49,187 bases of DNA from positions 1 through 49,187 of the forward strand of contig JAQUKH010000020.1 of assembly GCA_028719205.1 (NCBI GenBank), in the 5' to 3' direction. Of this stretch, positions 38,237 through 48,131 are shown piece by piece; position 1 is the stretch's first letter, and every line of letters starts with the position of its first letter. The stretch comes from a bacterium (GTDB lineage: Bacteria; JACRDZ01; JAQUKH01). Below the pieces are notes generated by a model. That model did no database searches. It was not told the DNA's origin and saw nothing but the letters and a program-made list of their open reading frames with translations. Position numbers and translations under genes: made by a program.

Positions 38237-39358
38237 TTATCTCAAAAATAATTGTTCAAGTTTTTTTATATTTTTGTTTAAATCAAATTTTTCTTCAACC
38301 TTTTGTAAAGCCATTTTTCTTATACTGTCCACTCCAATATTATCAGATAATACATCAATAACTTTTTGAGCAATAATTTCACTGTTTTCATAAGGTATTA
38401 AAAATCCATCAATCCCGTCATCTATGATCTCCTGTGTCCCCTGACTTTTGGTAGCGATCACGATCTTCCCTAGCGCCATTGCCTCTATTATAACCAGGCC
38501 AAACGCTTCTCTTTTAGAGGGAAGTATTAATATATCCAATGAATTCATAACTGCGGGAACATCAGACCTGAAACCGGTAAATATTACATCATCTGAAATA
38601 TTCAATTCCCTGACAATATTCTCTAAGTAATTCCTATATCCTTTTTCTTCCCCTTTTGTTTCTTCTCCGACAATAAATATTTTAACTTTAGGAATATTTT
38701 TTAAAATTGCCGGTATTGCCCGCAGCATATATTCATGCCCCTTTCCATCCTGCAAACGGCCAACCACCCCTATCAAATAATAATCTTCCGCAATATTATA
38801 TTCTTTTCTTAAAATATTTTTATGCAGCGCTTTTTGCCTGAATTTTTCGACATCTATTCCGCAATAGATCACATCGATTTTTTCCGGTATTATATGCGTT
38901 GTATCTATTAAACTTTCTTTTATCGCGCCTGTAATCGCGATAGCTCCGGCAAGTGAACGATATAAGACATTATGGAATATATCTTTCTTACGGTAATGAG
39001 ATTCCATATGCCTTGTAAAATATATTTTTTTGCAGCCTGCCATTTTTCCCGCAGGTATAACGATCCACAAATCCTTAGCCATATGGCTGTGAACAATATC
39101 AATTTTATTTTCCTTAATAATTTTTTTCAGTTTCCAGATAGCTGACAGATCGATATATTTTAACCTGTTTTCCAAATTAATAATTCGCAGATTATCCTTT
39201 TTTGCCGCTTTTTCAGCTTGTGAACCTTCAGGACAGACTACAATTACATTATGCCCTATTTCCCCCAATGCCCGTGCTGTAATAGGCATCTGCATCTCAA
39301 GGCCTCCCCACGCACGTGAAAAATTTATTTCCAGAATATTTAATATTTTATTATGCAT
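38237..39358 (-). CDS. Glycosyltransferase family 4
   Basis: WGGLE, VGRL..GKG, EAFGLVIIEAMA. Confidence 0.9.
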   Translation of the reverse strand: MHNKILNILEINFSRAWGGLEMQMPITARALGEIGHNVIVVCPEGSQAEKAAKKDNLRIINLENRLKYIDLSAIWKLKKIIKENKIDIVHSHMAKDLWIVIPAGKMAGCKKIYFTRHMESHYRKKDIFHNVLYRSLAGAIAITGAIKESLIDTTHIIPEKIDVIYCGIDVEKFRQKALHKNILRKEYNIAEDYYLIGVVGRLQDGKGHEYMLRAIPAILKNIPKVKIFIVGEETKGEEKGYRNYLENIVRELNISDDVIFTGFRSDVPAVMNSLDILILPSKREAFGLVIIEAMALGKIVIATKSQGTQEIIDDGIDGFLIPYENSEIIAQKVIDVLSDNIGVDSIRKMALQKVEEKFDLNKNIKKLEQLFLR

Positions 39359-39480
39359 AACAAAATATTATATCATAGTTTATTTTAAAAATAATTTTAT
39401 ATTCTATATTATTTATTATTTTTTTTTAAAATAATATGATATAATTTACACTTTAATAATTATATTGGGATGGAGGAAAT

Positions 39481-39924
39481 ATGAATAAAAATATAAAAAT
39501 TTTTTATATTTTAATTTTAGCCTTTATTTTTGCGCCTTCAATTGCTTTTTCTTATTTTATGGTCATAGATCCTATTCAAAATCGTGTTCCTGTGGTTTAT
39601 TTTAACCATACAAAACATCTTGATAAACAAAACGGGCTTGGTTTCGCTTGCGAAAAATGCCATCATGAATTAAAAACACCCGAACAAAAGCCGACCAACT
39701 GCCCTTCCTGTCATAATGTAGGGCATGACGAATCTCAATTAGAAGAAAAAAATCTTCCACCTCGCCTTAAAGTTGCTTATCATAATATGTGCAGAGGCTG
39801 TCATACGGAAAATAAAAGAAAATACAAAGGTGCACCCACTTCTGAATGCGGCGGCTGTCACATAAAAGAACTGGAAAACTTTATACAGGAAAAAAATAAG
39901 AAGAATAAAGATCAGGAAAAATAA
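39481..39924 (+). CDS. Tetraheme cytochrome c3 family protein
   Basis: Signal peptide, FNHTKH, four CxxCH motifs (CEKCH, CPSCH, CRGCH, CGGCH). Confidence 0.9.
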   Translation: MNKNIKIFYILILAFIFAPSIAFSYFMVIDPIQNRVPVVYFNHTKHLDKQNGLGFACEKCHHELKTPEQKPTNCPSCHNVGHDESQLEEKNLPPRLKVAYHNMCRGCHTENKRKYKGAPTSECGGCHIKELENFIQEKNKKNKDQEK

Positions 39925-39933
39925 AATCATTTA

Positions 39934-40020
39934 GCCGAAGTGGTGAAACTGGCATACACGCATGATTCAGGTTCATGTAGGAGCAATCCTGTGGGGGTTC
40001 AACTCCCCCCTTCGGCACCA
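39934..40020 (+). tRNA. tRNA-Leu (CAG)
   Basis: GCCGAAG/CTTCGGC acceptor stem, CATGA-TTCAGGT-TCATG anticodon arm, long variable arm, GGTTCAACTCC, encoded CCA. Confidence 0.96.
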
Positions 40021-40077
40021 TTATAACCTCAATTTACTTAATCCAGCGAATATAGAACTACCTACTAAAACTTAACA

Positions 40078-40206
40078 TTACGGGAGTTGAACAGGAAAGA
40101 GGTTTGGAGAAAACGTGAGTTTTCTTCAAGGGGTGACAGTGAGCAAAGCGAACGCCAGAGGGGCGAAGCCCCTATGGAAAGCGAAGCGCTCAACGCCCCC
40201 CTGTAG
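40078..40206 (+). other. Structured element downstream of tRNA-Leu
   Basis: Starts with the reverse complement of the tRNA T-arm, ends with a near-direct repeat of it, and contains internal hairpins. Confidence 0.55.
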
Positions 40207-40245
40207 AATACTATAACTTAGCAATACAAAATTGACCGGGAAATA

Positions 40246-40282
40246 AAAAAGGGGCAAAAAACTTTCGTTTTCGCCCCTTATA
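40246..40282. terminator. Bidirectional terminator
   Basis: AAAAAGGGGC-AAAAAC..GTTTTC-GCCCCTT between convergent units. Confidence 0.7.
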
Positions 40283-40296
40283 TTTTCTTGTTTTAA

Positions 40297-41214
40297 TTAC
40301 ATTCCCGGCTTAATCGTCCTACCGCTTTTATCATGTCCTTGCGGCATACCGGTATGAGGCATTGTGCTTTGATCATCTGCCGCAAAATTTATTTTTTTCA
40401 AAACATCCTGATTGACTTCTGCAGGAATTTCTTTTTTAATTTCTTCAAGCCAACTATTAACACTATCCGTCTGTTTCTTACTAATTAATCTATTCCTTAT
40501 TTCTTCTTTTTCAGGTTCCGTCCGTTTAATAATATGATACCCAAAAGAAGTTTTTACAGGCTCGGATGAAATCTCACCTATTTTTAGCGCGAAAATCGCA
40601 TTATCAAATTCGGGAACCATATCTCCTTTAGAAAAAGTCCCTAAAGCCCCGTTATTTTTTTTTGCTGTGGGATCTTCTGATAACTCTACGGCTAATTTTG
40701 CAAAATCTTCGCCTTTTTTAACTCTTTTTAAAACATCTTTTGCTTTATTTTCATCTTTCAAAAGAATATGGCTCGCGCTTGCAACTGAATTGCTTTCTTT
40801 TATTTCTTTTTCCACTTCTTCATCTGTTATTTTAACAGATTTAGTCAACTCTTCACTTTTTGAAACAAAAAGCTCCTTCGCGAGGATATTATCTGTAATG
40901 CTCGCAATAATTTCTTTTACTTCTTCTTTTTTATCGATACCAATAGCCTTAGCTTTTTCAGCTAATACTTTTTCTTTAACAATTTCTTCAAGAAATTTAA
41001 TTTTTCCTTCTTCTCCCGCAAACATCATTTTGTACTGAGGCGGAATATTGTTATATTTTTGCTCAAATTCCTTAACTGTAATTTTAGAATTACCTATTTT
41101 TGCAACAACCGCGTTCCCATCAACTGTTTGGGAACCTGTTTTTTTCTCACAAGCAAGCGAACATAATACAAAAAACACTATGAACAATAAACTTCCGAAC
41201 CTTTTCTTTCCCAT
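40297..41214 (-). CDS. Parvulin-type peptidyl-prolyl isomerase lipoprotein (PrsA/SurA-like)
   Basis: Lipobox SLAC, ASHIL, GALG.F..GDMVPEF, FGYHII. Confidence 0.9.
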   Translation of the reverse strand: MGKKRFGSLLFIVFFVLCSLACEKKTGSQTVDGNAVVAKIGNSKITVKEFEQKYNNIPPQYKMMFAGEEGKIKFLEEIVKEKVLAEKAKAIGIDKKEEVKEIIASITDNILAKELFVSKSEELTKSVKITDEEVEKEIKESNSVASASHILLKDENKAKDVLKRVKKGEDFAKLAVELSEDPTAKKNNGALGTFSKGDMVPEFDNAIFALKIGEISSEPVKTSFGYHIIKRTEPEKEEIRNRLISKKQTDSVNSWLEEIKKEIPAEVNQDVLKKINFAADDQSTMPHTGMPQGHDKSGRTIKPGM

Positions 41215-41393
41215 TTTTTTTACCCTTTCTTTTTTGCGAATTTTAAACCACTATATTATAATATAAAAATAGTTTTAAAGCTACAAGTATTTTATACCGC
41301 TATTTATAAATTTCAACGAAATTATTGACATAATATTATAAGATGTTAAAATATTACAGATATTGAATATTTTCATAATTCAAGGAGAAATAA

Positions 41394-42314
41394 ATGGCTT
41401 TTAAGGATTGGTTTCTTGAAACAAGGCCTCAGTTTATTATTTTATCTGTAATTTTAGTATTATATGGAACTACTGTCGCTTTTTATCACAACAGCTTCAA
41501 CTTATTTGTTTTTATATTAGCTATGGCCGGTTTGACCAGCATGCATATCAGCTGTAATGTCCTCAATGATTATTATGATTATAAAAGCGGCATTGACCTG
41601 CATACCGCGCCTACGCCTTTTTCCGGCGGGAGCGGATTTTTACCTTCGGGAAAATTAAATCCATCCGGTGTTTTTATATTAGGAATATCAACAGCTTTAA
41701 TCGGAGTAATTATCGGAATTTATTTTTGTATTACAGTAGGCTGGGGCTTACTGCCTATTGTTATTGTCGGCACTATTGCCACCCTTTTTTATAATACTTT
41801 TTTTTCAAAAATAATGCTGGGCGAAATATTCGCAGGTCTGGGGCTGGGATTACTTCCAATCATGGGAACTTATTTTGTATTTACCGGCAGATATGATATA
41901 CAGGCTGTATTTGCCGGCATACCCCCATTTTTTTTAGTATTCAATCTTTTGTTTTTAAACGAATTCCCTGACGCTGAGGCAGATAAAATAGGCAAAAGAA
42001 AACACTTTGTGATCGTTTTCGGTCCAAAAATATCCGCATGGATCTACACAATATTCAATCTTTCAGTCTATCTCTGGGTTATTTTTGGCATTTTATCCGG
42101 GATCATGCCGGTCTGGACCATCCTTTGCCTTTTAACATTGCCGCTGGCGTTTAAAGCTATTCAAGGCGCGTTAAAATTCAGGAACAACAGAGATAAATTT
42201 ACCCAAGCGCAAGGCGCTAATGTTGGAATGGTTCTAATTACCCAGATTTTATTAGCAACAGGTTATTTTATTTCACATTGGAGCGATATAAGAATATCCT
42301 GCTGTAATTTTTAA
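41394..42314 (+). CDS. UbiA-family prenyltransferase (MenA-like)
   Basis: NDYYDYKSGID and NEFPDAEAD aspartate-rich motifs; multiple TMs. Confidence 0.85.
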   Translation: MAFKDWFLETRPQFIILSVILVLYGTTVAFYHNSFNLFVFILAMAGLTSMHISCNVLNDYYDYKSGIDLHTAPTPFSGGSGFLPSGKLNPSGVFILGISTALIGVIIGIYFCITVGWGLLPIVIVGTIATLFYNTFFSKIMLGEIFAGLGLGLLPIMGTYFVFTGRYDIQAVFAGIPPFFLVFNLLFLNEFPDAEADKIGKRKHFVIVFGPKISAWIYTIFNLSVYLWVIFGILSGIMPVWTILCLLTLPLAFKAIQGALKFRNNRDKFTQAQGANVGMVLITQILLATGYFISHWSDIRISCCNF

Positions 42315-42317
42315 AGT

Positions 42318-42707
42318 ATGCTTAAGCACATTATTTTAATCCTTTTATTTTTATCTATAAGCTGTACAAAAGAACCAAAGCAAAAACTCAGGCCTACCTT
42401 TTCATCTATATCTAGAAATGTCTTTATTAAAAAATGTTCTCTTTACACATGCCATTCCAGTGCTTTTGCTGACAAATCCGGCAAACTTGACCTGTCTGGC
42501 AAGGATTCATATAATAATCTGATAAATATTCCCAGCAAGGCTTATCCTGAAATTAATAGAATTACCCCTGGTAAACCTGACGAAAGTTTACTCCTCCAAA
42601 GATTAGAAGGTAAAATTATTGTCAGTATCCCCTTGGAGAGGGATTGTGTTACGAAAGAGGAAATAGATATAATCAGAGAATGGATAAAAAAAGGTGCGGT
42701 TCAATGA
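42318..42707 (+). CDS. Lipoprotein with cytochrome c-like domain (CX4CH)
   Basis: Lipobox ISC, CSLYTCH, PGKPDESLL, IREWIKKGA. Confidence 0.6.
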   Translation: MLKHIILILLFLSISCTKEPKQKLRPTFSSISRNVFIKKCSLYTCHSSAFADKSGKLDLSGKDSYNNLINIPSKAYPEINRITPGKPDESLLLQRLEGKIIVSIPLERDCVTKEEIDIIREWIKKGAVQ

Positions 42708-43963
42708 ACTGAACAGGAAATACACGGATCGTATGACCTTACCAGCATCTGACATAATAGTTCGATTTCACTGTCTGAATAACCTTTTTTCGAATAATCC
42801 TTAACCAGTTTATTCAGATCTTCACGGATATTCGCGTGATTTTGACCGGTCGGTATAATAAAATCACAATGAACGATCCTTCCTTCTTCATTATATTCAT
42901 TACAATGGTATAAAATTCCTCTTGGAGCTTCAACAGCCCCTACGCCTTTTCCCTTTTTAGGTTTAATTTTAATATCCTCAGGGCTAAGATCCATATTCAA
43001 TACCTTTTCAAAAAGTTCCAATGTTTCATAAACAGCATGAAAACACTCTACCAATTGAGCGATGTTATTCATAAATGGATTATAACAAATTGCCTTAAGT
43101 TTAAAATTTTCACAGATTTCTTTTGCTTTCGGGTGTAACAGGTTAAAATTATTATTGATCCTGGCTAATGAGCCTACCGCGAAAGAATCCCTGCTTAATT
43201 TTGCAAGTTTCGAAGTGGACCAATCGGACATAAATTCGTTTGTCATTTTTTTATATTCACTTTCCGGCTTCAGCACGCCGTCTGAAGACATTAATTGACC
43301 GCCGATCCACGGATAATTATTTTCACCCTTTAAAGATACAAATTCTGTTTCCCTTTCAAAATCAGGTATTTTTAAACTCATAAATATTTTTGATGTCTCA
43401 ATTAGATCAGGGACCGAATTAAGCAGATCCTTTTGTAAAATTAAAAGGCTTTCCTTTGAAGGAAATTTCGTAAATCCGCCTACAACCATTGTCATCGGAT
43501 GGGTATTCCTCCCCCCGATAACATCACACATATCATTAGCTATTTTTTTTAATCTCAAAGCTATCTCTGCAGCGTTTTTGTTCTTTGTGATAATAGGGAA
43601 AATACTCCCTTCACCTAAAAAATCAGGCAACGCCAGAAAATAAAGATGAAGTATATGGCTCTGAAGGGTCTCGGCATTCATTAAAATACGGCGAAACAAT
43701 TCAGTTTTGCCGCTTATTTTGACATCAAAAGCATTCTCAGTAGCACGAATACTTGCAGTAGAATGCGCTATCGAGCAAATACCGCATATTCTTGAAACAA
43801 TAAGTGAAACATCATCAAAATGCTTGTCAACCATCATTGCTTCAAAAAATCTGGGGGTTTCTATTACCTGCCACTCGGCTTTCTTTATCCTTCCGTTTCT
43901 GACTTTAATATCAATGGTACCATGGCCTTCCACTCTGGTTAGATAATCTTTTTCATTATGCAT
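42701..43963 (-). CDS. Group 3b [NiFe]-hydrogenase large (alpha) subunit
   Basis: TRVEGH, RICGIC, DPCISCSVH; last gene of a beta-gamma-delta-alpha operon. Confidence 0.93.
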   Translation of the reverse strand: MHNEKDYLTRVEGHGTIDIKVRNGRIKKAEWQVIETPRFFEAMMVDKHFDDVSLIVSRICGICSIAHSTASIRATENAFDVKISGKTELFRRILMNAETLQSHILHLYFLALPDFLGEGSIFPIITKNKNAAEIALRLKKIANDMCDVIGGRNTHPMTMVVGGFTKFPSKESLLILQKDLLNSVPDLIETSKIFMSLKIPDFERETEFVSLKGENNYPWIGGQLMSSDGVLKPESEYKKMTNEFMSDWSTSKLAKLSRDSFAVGSLARINNNFNLLHPKAKEICENFKLKAICYNPFMNNIAQLVECFHAVYETLELFEKVLNMDLSPEDIKIKPKKGKGVGAVEAPRGILYHCNEYNEEGRIVHCDFIIPTGQNHANIREDLNKLVKDYSKKGYSDSEIELLCQMLVRSYDPCISCSVH

Positions 43964-43966
43964 CAA

Positions 43967-44719
43967 TTACTCCTTAAAAGCACTGAATAACTCAAATTTA
44001 TCCCTGATCTGTCTTTCTGTAAAACCATTTTTAATCATAATTGTCTTCATAAATTCAATATTTGGTTCTTCCGCGGGGCCGCGACATCCAATACAACTAT
44101 TGCCATTTGACGGGCATCTTGCCCCGCATCCCGCGCGGGTAAGAGGGCCCATGCATATTTTCCCCATTTCATACAGGCATATATTCTGTTTCTCTTTACA
44201 TCTGAAGCAAACCGGATGTTTTAAATACCTGAATTCCCTGCCCAGCGCTATGCTCTGAACTATCGCCTCCACCTCCGATTTATTGACGGGACACCCATAA
44301 ATGTAAAAATCAACCTTAACGACCTCATTAACCGCCATAACCTTATCGTTAGTTTCGATCGGGCAATTACCATAGACCTCTTTTTTTACCCATTCGATAT
44401 CCTTAAATTTATTTTTTAATTTATTTATGCCTCCAAAACTAGCGCAAGTCCCGAACGCGACTAATATCTTTGCCTTTTCTCTTATTTTTTTCAGCCTGTC
44501 AATTTCATCTTTTCTGGTAATACTTCCTTCAATAAAAGCTATGTCATAATCATTATTTCTCTCGGTTAATATTTCTCGAAAATTCACAACCTCAACCAAT
44601 GATATAAAATCAAGCAACTTATTTTCATTATTCGCGATTTGAAGCTGGCATCCCTCGCAACATGAAAAATCAAAAAATGCCGCTTTTGGTTTAATTAATT
44701 CAACACCTAAATATTGCAT
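43967..44719 (-). CDS. Group 3b hydrogenase small (delta) subunit
   Basis: SCCEGC, GTCASFGG, YGCP, CIGCRG. Confidence 0.92.
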   Translation of the reverse strand: MQYLGVELIKPKAAFFDFSCCEGCQLQIANNENKLLDFISLVEVVNFREILTERNNDYDIAFIEGSITRKDEIDRLKKIREKAKILVAFGTCASFGGINKLKNKFKDIEWVKKEVYGNCPIETNDKVMAVNEVVKVDFYIYGCPVNKSEVEAIVQSIALGREFRYLKHPVCFRCKEKQNICLYEMGKICMGPLTRAGCGARCPSNGNSCIGCRGPAEEPNIEFMKTIMIKNGFTERQIRDKFELFSAFKE

Positions 44720-44720
44720 C

Positions 44721-45632
44721 TTAAATTGCCTCTTTTAAATTCATAACTGTCCAGTAATCAAAAACCGGCCCGGAAAGGCAGGTATACGTCGAACCAACAT
44801 TGCACCGGCAGCATTTACCCATACCACAATGCATACGCCTTTCCAAAGATACAAACATATTTTCCATCGGGATACCGAGGTCATTAAGTTTATTGCAAAC
44901 AAATTTAAACATAACTGGCGGCCCGCAGACAATGGCGTGGGTATTGGAAGTATCAATTACAATTTCATTAAAAAGATCTGTGATCAACCCCACTCTTCCA
45001 CTCCATTTTTTATCAGGATTTTGAACTATCGTAAAAAGTTTTATCCCATCGGTTTTTTTCCATGTTTCATATTGATATGTAAAAAGCATCTGGTTTGGAT
45101 CATTTGTTCCATACATAATAAAAATATCTTTAAACATATTGCGATTTTCTTCCACATAATAGATCGCGGACCTTAACGCGGCTAGCCCTAACCCGCCCGC
45201 TATAAGAAGAACATTTGCATTCGCAAACTTTTCCATTGGAAAATGCGTTCCGAATGGGCCTTTTATCCCTACACTAGCCCCCCTTTGCATTTTATGCAGA
45301 AATTTAGTAACACGCCCTTGTTTACGGATACAAAGTTCAACCACACCGCGGCGTGAAGGCGACGAAGAGATTGAGAGCGGAATTTCTCCAAAACCGGGTA
45401 CTTCAAGCATTAAAAACTGGCCCGGCTTAAAAGAAAACCTTTCACGTTCATCCTGATCAATAATTTGTATCTGAAAAAGCTTTTCCAGCGGAGTAAGTTC
45501 AATTATCCCTGTAATTTCAGATTTATAAGTTTTTTCAAAATTACCAAGATCAGTTTTGCGGTTCAACCGGCCACCGGTCTTTATCTTTTTATTATCGCTT
45601 AACACATCCTGATATTTAAGAGATAAATCCAT
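44721..45632 (-). CDS. Group 3b hydrogenase FAD/NAD(P)-binding (gamma) subunit
   Basis: PGQF, AGGLG, CGPPVM, ERRMHCGMGKCCRC; start set at ATG 45632 behind GGAG. Confidence 0.92.
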   Translation of the reverse strand: MDLSLKYQDVLSDNKKIKTGGRLNRKTDLGNFEKTYKSEITGIIELTPLEKLFQIQIIDQDERERFSFKPGQFLMLEVPGFGEIPLSISSSPSRRGVVELCIRKQGRVTKFLHKMQRGASVGIKGPFGTHFPMEKFANANVLLIAGGLGLAALRSAIYYVEENRNMFKDIFIMYGTNDPNQMLFTYQYETWKKTDGIKLFTIVQNPDKKWSGRVGLITDLFNEIVIDTSNTHAIVCGPPVMFKFVCNKLNDLGIPMENMFVSLERRMHCGMGKCCRCNVGSTYTCLSGPVFDYWTVMNLKEAI

Positions 45633-45682
45633 ATTTAACTCCAATATTTAGTTACAATTTATTACTTATATCCTAAAACTAC

Positions 45683-46717
45683 CTATTCTCTGATTGATGA
45701 AATAACCTCTGGCACGGTAATTCCGGCAAGGCACGCTTCTCCACACCTTCCACACCCGACACAAAGAGATTCTTCATACGCTTCTACAAATCCGCGATGT
45801 TTATGATAATACCGGTATTTTAAACGGATATGCCTTTCCGGCCGGAAATTAAAACCTCCTGCTACTTCCGCGAAATCAATTAAAGTACAGGCATGGAGAA
45901 TTTTCAGTTTTTCAGCTTGTTGAAATTTCAAATCAATTTTTTCTTCGATCCCATAACAATAACAGGTAGGACAAACTCGCGCGCAGCTTCCACAACCCAG
46001 ACATTTATCGCCCCATTCCTTCCAGACATCAGACTGAAATTCCATATCCAGGATTTTAGTCAGGTCAGTTACATCTATTTTTGCGGTAAATTTTTCCGCT
46101 TTCAATCTTCTTATTCTTTTATATTCATCATCGTCTTTTTTCGTAATATCTTTTGTCGTAACTTTTTTCAGAAAATCAAAAGCAACGTTGCTGAATATTT
46201 CAATGAAATATCTGTCACCAATATCTATTAAAAACATATCACAGCCATGTTGAACGGTATGTGTTCCTACTGAGCGACAAAAACAAAAAGGTTTTGGATC
46301 ACAGTCCATGCCAATAATAAATGTATTTTTTCTCCTGATAGTATAATAAGGAGAAGGATAATCACCTAACATTAAAACTTTATCTAATTTATTTAATGAA
46401 TTAATATCACAGGGATGCAAGCCTAAAAGAATACGCGGCACTTTGGTTTCATAATTAATATTTTGCTGCCATGAACTATTTTTAATTTCAAAACTTGAAA
46501 TTGCCTCACGGTACGGAAGGAAAAAACGTCTTGGAGGATATTTTAATATATCATAATTGAAATCTATTTCTTTAAAATCGTTCACTAAGCGAAGGTCATA
46601 AATTGGTTTATTATTTTTGTCCTTCGCGATTTTCTGTGGCGCGAAAAAACTATTATTCTCGATAAGAATCTCTAAAAATTTATTGAAATCTTTTTTATCT
46701 ATTGTCTTAAAGATCAC
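45683..46717 (-). CDS. Group 3b hydrogenase 4Fe-4S (beta) subunit
   Basis: CLGCGSCARVCPTCYC and CVGCGRCGEAC. Confidence 0.92.
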   Translation of the reverse strand: MIFKTIDKKDFNKFLEILIENNSFFAPQKIAKDKNNKPIYDLRLVNDFKEIDFNYDILKYPPRRFFLPYREAISSFEIKNSSWQQNINYETKVPRILLGLHPCDINSLNKLDKVLMLGDYPSPYYTIRRKNTFIIGMDCDPKPFCFCRSVGTHTVQHGCDMFLIDIGDRYFIEIFSNVAFDFLKKVTTKDITKKDDDEYKRIRRLKAEKFTAKIDVTDLTKILDMEFQSDVWKEWGDKCLGCGSCARVCPTCYCYGIEEKIDLKFQQAEKLKILHACTLIDFAEVAGGFNFRPERHIRLKYRYYHKHRGFVEAYEESLCVGCGRCGEACLAGITVPEVISSIRE

Positions 46718-46761
46718 AGATCTTCCGCCAGCCTTTCTCCAATAAACTTCAAATTATGAAT

Positions 46762-47994
46762 CTATTTCAATGAATCTAAAACAGGCTTACCTAACCCGAA
46801 TTTTGATATTCTATTCTTCAAGGAATCCATCACATAAATATTTCCCCGGCTATCCACCGCCAACTGGCTAATAGCCTTGAGGCCGCCATTATGATCCCCA
46901 TCGAAACTCGACAACAATACTCCCTCCCAATCATAAACATATACAGTCTTCCCATCTGTTCCATAATAATTACCACTCTTATCTGATACGATTATCTGGC
47001 ATAAATAAAGAGGAATACCCTCCTGTACTAAAGGAATCGGAATAGTGCTTGTTAAATATTTATCAGAAGTATAAACTCTAATTTCATATTTTAACTTCTT
47101 ATCTTCTTCAATTTGCTTTAATATTCTTCCTTTATCTTCCTTCAGGCGTTTCATTTCTTCACTATTTTCTTTTTGTTTGTCTTTGATGTTTTCTCTTGTA
47201 TTCTTTTCTATCTGCGCTAATCTATCCTTCCAAAAATCAATATCTTTAGCAATAAACGCTAATCTGGCATTATATGCATTAATTTGAGCTAAATCGTTAT
47301 CAGCTTTTGCCTTTATTTTACTTTTATCCGCTAAGGATGCAGTTCCAAATTCAAATTCTTTCCAACTATTATCGTAGTCAAATTTTACTGCATCTAATGC
47401 CCATGTAGTATCTCTTATCTCATCCCGGTAATCTAAAAATCTTTGCGCAATCGAAGCTGTCTCCCCATTATCCGGTATTTCAATGGGTTGTGATAATTCT
47501 TTTATATTATCCTCTATTTTACTTAACTCATCATTGTATTCATTAGTTTTAAATTCTTTTCTTAAATAAATTAAATAATAATTACCTTTATCGTCAATAT
47601 TGATCAGTTTAGCATCATCATCTAATGAAAAACTTGTGATCAGATCTTTCTGAGGAGATAATTTCTTTATTTTATTTTGCTGTAAAATATAGATATTGCC
47701 GGAACCGTCCGCCTTGGTCGGGATCTGAATACGTTCATTCAAATGGTTAACCAAAACGCCTGATGAATTATATGTAAATGTACCATCTACATTAACAACA
47801 AATAAATTGTCATCCCAATCTACAAAAATTTCCCCATTTTTGCTTTCAAAGCTTGAAATATAATAATATACAGGCGACTTACTGGTGTAAAACTTATAAC
47901 CGATATTTTCTTGCGATTTTGCGTTTTCTTGTGCTAAGGCCGTTACATTAATAATCAGGCTTATAATAATAAACAGTATAATCTTTTTATTCAT
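46762..47994 (-). CDS. Secreted protein with NHL-like repeats and a coiled-coil insert
   Basis: Signal peptide; DGSGNIYI, DKSGNYY, AVDSRGNIYVMD repeats; charged helical middle. Confidence 0.65.
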   Translation of the reverse strand: MNKKIILFIIISLIINVTALAQENAKSQENIGYKFYTSKSPVYYYISSFESKNGEIFVDWDDNLFVVNVDGTFTYNSSGVLVNHLNERIQIPTKADGSGNIYILQQNKIKKLSPQKDLITSFSLDDDAKLINIDDKGNYYLIYLRKEFKTNEYNDELSKIEDNIKELSQPIEIPDNGETASIAQRFLDYRDEIRDTTWALDAVKFDYDNSWKEFEFGTASLADKSKIKAKADNDLAQINAYNARLAFIAKDIDFWKDRLAQIEKNTRENIKDKQKENSEEMKRLKEDKGRILKQIEEDKKLKYEIRVYTSDKYLTSTIPIPLVQEGIPLYLCQIIVSDKSGNYYGTDGKTVYVYDWEGVLLSSFDGDHNGGLKAISQLAVDSRGNIYVMDSLKNRISKFGLGKPVLDSLK

Positions 47995-48131
47995 TTTTAT
48001 TCTCCTCTATGGTTGCCTCTTTTGTAATAATATACCAATAATTTATTTTTTGCAACTTTAAAATTATAACATATATTTTCATATATTGTTTTTATATATT
48101 TCAACTACACCCTTGTGATATAATTTACTTA

